In this document: positions 34,623-38,493 of the stretch, piece by piece
Numbering within the stretch: the first letter of the stretch is position 1
How the letters are laid out: the number at the start of each line of letters is the position of its first letter
Origin: a virus
Taxonomy: Duplodnaviria > Caudoviricetes
DNA length: 38,493 bases
Reading direction: 5' to 3' (one strand)
IMG/VR virus record: IMGVR_UViG_3300037307_000164
Span: 1-38,493 of that record
The notes under the pieces: model-generated
Seen by the model: only the letters and a program-made list of their open reading frames with translations
Told to the model about the DNA's origin: nothing
Databases searched by the model: none
Program-made: the position numbers and the translations under genes

Positions 34623-35441
34623 ATGGAACAGGCGACCGTTCGGTTCGGGATGCCGGACGTGGATTACCACGCGGTGCCCGCGTTCAGCGCGAGCGCTGCA
34701 CGAATGATTGCGAAAGCACCGGCTCTCTATCGCGAGTTCGTAAATGCTCCCGAGGCTCCATCCCCTGCGATGCGGTTCGGGACTCTTGTTCACGCGATGG
34801 TGCTTGAGCCGGACAGCGCGGCCGATCGGTACGTGGTGGCGAAGCAGTTCGGTCGCACGAAGGCCGAGGTCGAGGCACGGCAGGCGTGGACCGCAGAGTG
34901 CGAGTCCCGCCGGCTGACGATTGTGGCCGAGGACGACTGGGCTCGCGCGCAACGTGCTGCGGCATCGGTGATGGCTCATCCGTCAGCGTCGAGGCTTCTC
35001 GCGCATATGGTTCGCGAGGTGTCAGTGTTCTGGACCGACCCCGAGTTCGGGATTCCATGCAAGGCAAGGCTCGATGCGTGGGATCGTCGCAGGCACATCG
35101 TTGCGGACCTGAAGACCTGCCGTGATGCGAGCCCGGAAGGGTTCGGAAAAGCGGCGTGGAATTTCGGGTACTTGATGCAGGCGGCGCACTATCGGGACGC
35201 GTCGGTGGCAGCCTACGGTGATCCTCTGGCCGCGTTCGTGTTCATCGCTGTCGAGACCGAGCGCCCGCACCTGTGCGCAGCGTACGAGGTCGGGCAGCAG
35301 GAGATGGAGATCGGCGCTGCGGCTCTGCGCAAGGCGAAAGCCGCATACGCGGACGCGTTGCAGACGGGGATCTGGGCAGGCTACAGCCAGTTCGTTGAGC
35401 CGCTCAGTCTTCCGGGGTGGGCGTATCGGGGGGACGAGTGA
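34623..35441 (+). CDS. recE: Exonuclease VIII / RecE-like PD-(D/E)XK nuclease (DUF3799-like)
   Basis: YHA....SAS, AMRFGTLVHAMVLEP, EVSVFW.D, CKARLD, DLKT, Y.MQAAHY and FVFIAVE. Confidence 0.88.
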   Translation: MEQATVRFGMPDVDYHAVPAFSASAARMIAKAPALYREFVNAPEAPSPAMRFGTLVHAMVLEPDSAADRYVVAKQFGRTKAEVEARQAWTAECESRRLTIVAEDDWARAQRAAASVMAHPSASRLLAHMVREVSVFWTDPEFGIPCKARLDAWDRRRHIVADLKTCRDASPEGFGKAAWNFGYLMQAAHYRDASVAAYGDPLAAFVFIAVETERPHLCAAYEVGQQEMEIGAAALRKAKAAYADALQTGIWAGYSQFVEPLSLPGWAYRGDE

Positions 35442-35902
35442 GGCCGACCTACGAAACTGAAGAAACGCGACGCGCTGAGTGGGTCGTCGCGTCGGCGCTC
35501 GCGAGGATCTGGAATTGCGACATGGTCCGTACAGAGAAGTACTCGGCCGCTGACTGCGTGGCTCGTTGTGCAGGCACCACGCTGGCAGTTATCGAAATCA
35601 AGTGCCGGTCTCACTCGTTCGGCCATTTCCCGACTTTGTCTATCTCGCACAGCAAGTGGAACGAGTTGCTTGTTTGGTCACTAGAGGCGAAAGCTCCGGC
35701 GCTTTTAGTGATTCAGTGGCAGGACAGGCTCGGCATAGTTGTCGTCGAACCAGCGGAGGGGAAGTATGAAATCTCATTCGAAGGGGCACGAAGAAATCGC
35801 GGCGATCCAAACGATCTTGAACCGATGGTTCAAGTCACCCTGTCTAGTTTTCTAATCATCGACGAGGTACAACATGAGCAACGTAGCAACTCTTCGCTCT
35901 GA
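35438..35902 (+). CDS. PD-(D/E)XK nuclease-like protein
   Basis: ADC...IEIKCR motif, LVIQWQD and RNRGDPNDLEP. GTGA overlap with recE. Confidence 0.65.
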   Translation: MRPTYETEETRRAEWVVASALARIWNCDMVRTEKYSAADCVARCAGTTLAVIEIKCRSHSFGHFPTLSISHSKWNELLVWSLEAKAPALLVIQWQDRLGIVVVEPAEGKYEISFEGARRNRGDPNDLEPMVQVTLSSFLIIDEVQHEQRSNSSL

Positions 35903-36656
35903 CCTGACCGCCATGCGTGCTCAGGTGCAGGCGGCACTCCCCGAGAACGTCAGTGTTGATCGGTTTATCCGCACCGTGATGACCGCAGTGCAGGTCAACC
36001 CGACGCTGATGGAGGCGGATCGGTCAAGTGTTCTGGCAGCAAGCCTTGAAGCGGCCACTGACGGGCTGATCCCCGACGGTCGCGAGGGCGCGATCGTTCC
36101 GTACCGCACCAAGGGCGGAAAGGTGCGCGCCCAGTGGCAGCCGATGGTCTGGGGTCTGGTGGCGCTGGTCCGCAGATCTGGGGAACTGCTGGAGATCAAC
36201 CCCGGGACCATCTACGATGGCGAGGAGTTCGAACACTGGGTCGACGAAGATGGGGTCCACTTCAAGCACCGCCCGACGTTCGTCGGTCGCGGCAGCCCGG
36301 TCGCCGTGTACGCGTTCGCTCGCACTCGCGATGGCGGCCGGTATCTGGAAGTGATGGGGTGGGACGAGATCGAGAAGTTTCGGTCCAAGTCCAAGGCGAC
36401 CGCAGAGGGCACTCCGTGGGCCGAGTGGACCGAGCAGATGGCTCAGGCTCGTGCGATCAAGCGGCTGTGCAAGCGGCTGCCGATGCGTGCTGATGCAATC
36501 GATGCGATCCGTCGTGACGACGAGCGCGAGGCGGGTATCATCAGCGGATCGGTCGCGGAGCCCAAGCGCAGCCCCATCTCGATGATCAACAGCGAGGTCG
36601 CCGGCGAGCCCGTCAGCGACGAACCGACAGAGCAGGAGGCCACCAATGGAAATTGA
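35874..36656 (+). CDS. recT: RecT-family single-strand annealing recombinase
   Basis: ALPENVSVDRFIR, GLIPDGREGAIVPY, GLVALVRRSG, PWAEWTEQMA and IKRLCKRLP. Confidence 0.92.
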   Translation: MSNVATLRSDLTAMRAQVQAALPENVSVDRFIRTVMTAVQVNPTLMEADRSSVLAASLEAATDGLIPDGREGAIVPYRTKGGKVRAQWQPMVWGLVALVRRSGELLEINPGTIYDGEEFEHWVDEDGVHFKHRPTFVGRGSPVAVYAFARTRDGGRYLEVMGWDEIEKFRSKSKATAEGTPWAEWTEQMAQARAIKRLCKRLPMRADAIDAIRRDDEREAGIISGSVAEPKRSPISMINSEVAGEPVSDEPTEQEATNGN

Positions 36657-36987
36657 TGATCTGTCGAGCAGGTTTGGATCGCTGTCCCGGTTGTCGATTC
36701 TGCTAGCGGTGTCGCAGAGCAACATGTCTCACTGGCGACGTCGTGGCAGCATCCCGATCGTTCAGCAGATGAGGATTGAGGTGCTGACCGGCGGGCAGCT
36801 TAAAACCGACCGGACCCTGCTCGCCAAGGTCGCGCCAGAGTTGGCCGCTTTGCTCGCAGCGTACGAGCGTATGAGCGCAGAGGAGAAAGCGGCCGCCTTG
36901 AATGCGGTTGACGGGATGAGAACCAAACGGTCGAGATCGATCGCCGACTCGATCGTAGATGTCACTCGCGATTCGCTGGTCGGGTGA
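36646..36987 (+). CDS. Cro-like HTH regulator
   Basis: FGSLSRLSILLAVSQSNMSHWRRRGSIP..QQMRIEVLTGGQLK. AGGAGG RBS. Confidence 0.8.
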   Translation: MEIDDLSSRFGSLSRLSILLAVSQSNMSHWRRRGSIPIVQQMRIEVLTGGQLKTDRTLLAKVAPELAALLAAYERMSAEEKAAALNAVDGMRTKRSRSIADSIVDVTRDSLVG

Positions 36988-36990
36988 TGG

Positions 36991-37026
36991 AAAAAAGCGC
37001 CCCGGGGAGGGAGGGCCCCGGGGCGC
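36991..37026 (-). terminator. Intrinsic terminator on the minus strand
   Basis: Perfect 11-bp stem GCGCCCCGGGG/CCCCGGGGCGC preceded on + by AAAAAA (U6 on the minus strand). Confidence 0.7.
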
Positions 37027-37214
37027 ACCACCACCACCTGACCTAGTCGCTGGGGGCGACCATCCCGAAGGGGAGCGCGGGGGAGAAGCCGCGCTGCAGG
37101 TTGTTCACACGAGGGGAGGGCGCGCGAACAGCGCGATTGTACATGGACAAAATCAACCAGCGAATATCGTGTCGGCCGATTGGTTAAATGAACAGTGTTT
37201 AGGGGAAGAGAAAA

Positions 37215-38198
37215 ATGCCTGATCGCATTATCCGCGACGAGTTGCTTGATTCCGAAAAATACCTCGACCTGCCGTCCGATTCACACCGACTGCTATTTAT
37301 CCACTTGATTTTACTGGCCGACGATTTGGGAAATACCGAAGCGGGGACAGGGTTTTTGCGCCGCCGTGCAATGTGCGGCTCTACGCCTGCTGCGATTGCC
37401 GCTTTGATCTCCCATCTGGTCGACGTCGACCTCATCCGCCTGTACTCGGTAGGCGATAAACAGTACGTACACATACCAAAGTTCCGGCAACGCTTGCGGT
37501 ACATGACTAGACTTCGGCATCCACGGCCACCTGAGCATGTAGAGTGCAATGAAATCAAGGACTTAATATTGAAAAAGTCCGACTACAGTCTGACTACAGT
37601 CAGACCAGAGTCAGACTACAGTCAGACTGTAGTCGGCAAATACGAAGAGAAGAGAAGAGAAGAGAAGAGAAGAGAAGAAGAACCCCCCAGACCCCCCGCC
37701 GACAAGTCGCCGGGGGGATCGGTTGTCGGGGTGGCCGGCAAGGAGCCGGGGTTAGCCTCTGCAAGCCCCGGCCGTTGCGCTGGCACCACACTGCCGGAGG
37801 GAGAAAGTCAGGAGAGCCCGCCGTCGGGGACCCTGCCCATCAAGGATGCCCCTGCAAGCCACCAGAAGGGGCCTAGAAGCGATCGCCGGGGTGGGGTGGC
37901 TACCCCCGGTGCTCCCGGGGCCGCCAATCGATCTGAGGCCGTTCTGCTGCCCGACTGGATCAGCCCGGAGACGTGGGGCGAGTTCCTGCGGTTTCGGAAG
38001 GGGGCGAAGAGCCCGATGACCGACTTCGCGCAGAAAAAGGCGATCGGCGTTTTAGGAAAATTGAGGGATCGTGGATTTAATCCCGATGCCGTCATTGAGC
38101 AGTCGATTATCAACGGGTGGAAAGGGTTTTTCCCGATTCGGGAGAACAACGACAAAAGGGGGAAGCGGTATGAGGAAGACGAGAAATACGATGCGTGA
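37215..38198 (+). CDS. Phage replication initiator protein
   Basis: N-terminal wHTH-like MPDRIIR...LILLADDLG. C-terminal LPDWI..E.W.EF..FRK....PMT...IEQSIINGWKGFF. Contains an internal iteron array. Confidence 0.82.
   Translation: MPDRIIRDELLDSEKYLDLPSDSHRLLFIHLILLADDLGNTEAGTGFLRRRAMCGSTPAAIAALISHLVDVDLIRLYSVGDKQYVHIPKFRQRLRYMTRLRHPRPPEHVECNEIKDLILKKSDYSLTTVRPESDYSQTVVGKYEEKRREEKRREEEPPRPPADKSPGGSVVGVAGKEPGLASASPGRCAGTTLPEGESQESPPSGTLPIKDAPASHQKGPRSDRRGGVATPGAPGAANRSEAVLLPDWISPETWGEFLRFRKGAKSPMTDFAQKKAIGVLGKLRDRGFNPDAVIEQSIINGWKGFFPIRENNDKRGKRYEEDEKYDA
37576..37636. repeat. Iteron array (putative replication origin)
   Basis: Five tandem 11-bp units AGTCnGACTAC (agtccgactac, agtctgactac, agtcagaccag, agtcagactac, agtcagactgt) plus a partial sixth. 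Confidence 0.8.
37644..37678 (+). repeat. (GAAGA)7 purine microsatellite
   Basis: Seven perfect copies immediately downstream of the iterons, encoding EEKRREEKRRE. Confidence 0.9.
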
Positions 38199-38493
38199 TT
38201 CGGACCCGATATTCGAATTGCGTAAAAGCGGAAAAGCGCCGGCAGCGATCTTCATCGTGGTTGGCAGCAGGCCGACGGCAGCCATTGCCTGCTACCCGGG
38301 GGATCCGCACCCGGTCGTCTGGACAGATGGAGCGAACCCGTTCCTGACCGACCTGCGGTTCGTGGTCGGCATGAGGGTCCACCTGAACGCAATGGGGGCG
38401 GATGATCCGATCGGTTACGCGTCGTGGTTCGATGCTTTGTCGGACGCTGGTGCTGCCGAGATCGTCGGCGTTGTCTTCGCAGGGGAGGTGTCG
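38191..38493 (+). CDS. Hypothetical protein (3'-truncated, not in ORF track)
   Basis: ATG 38191 overlaps the end of the initiator gene. MRDSDPIFELRKSGKAP...DLRFVVGMRVHL... stays open to the window end. Confidence 0.6.
   Translation, partial: MRDSDPIFELRKSGKAPAAIFIVVGSRPTAAIACYPGDPHPVVWTDGANPFLTDLRFVVGMRVHLNAMGADDPIGYASWFDALSDAGAAEIVGVVFAGEVS

Noticed and set aside
37576-37680. CRISPR-like array
   Set aside because: The repeats are 11 bp and 5 bp, directly tandem, with no unique spacers and no cas genes.
1-38493. tRNA, rRNA, IS elements, integrase, terminase, portal
   Set aside because: No supporting motifs seen in the window. Packaging genes presumably lie outside it.

Overview
A 38.5 kb segment of a long non-contractile-tailed dsDNA phage (siphovirus morphotype), probably infecting a high-GC Gram-negative host (inference). 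Every credible gene is on the + strand. The order is: 5'-truncated repeat-fibre protein and adaptor; head module (S49 protease with nested scaffold, decoration protein, major capsid); neck; tail module (tube, G/GT chaperone with a -1 frameshift, 1501-aa tape measure, Dit/hub/NlpC-like/J); accessory virion genes (clan GH-A hydrolase, Ig-domain protein); lysis region with a GH24 endolysin fused to a holin-like membrane domain that has its own internal in-frame start; and a chain of small membrane and coiled-coil ORFs. After a terminator and a strong sigma70-type promoter comes an early region: a ~290-nt structured leader, a MoxR AAA+ / DUF3150-like / metallopeptidase-vWA (DUF2201) module, solo HicA-like, GHKL ATPase, GNAT, RecE, a second nuclease, RecT, Cro-like HTH, a candidate antisense sRNA, and a replication initiator containing iterons. 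Terminase, portal, integrase and a cI-type repressor are not in the window. All product calls come from motif recognition by eye; no database searches were run.
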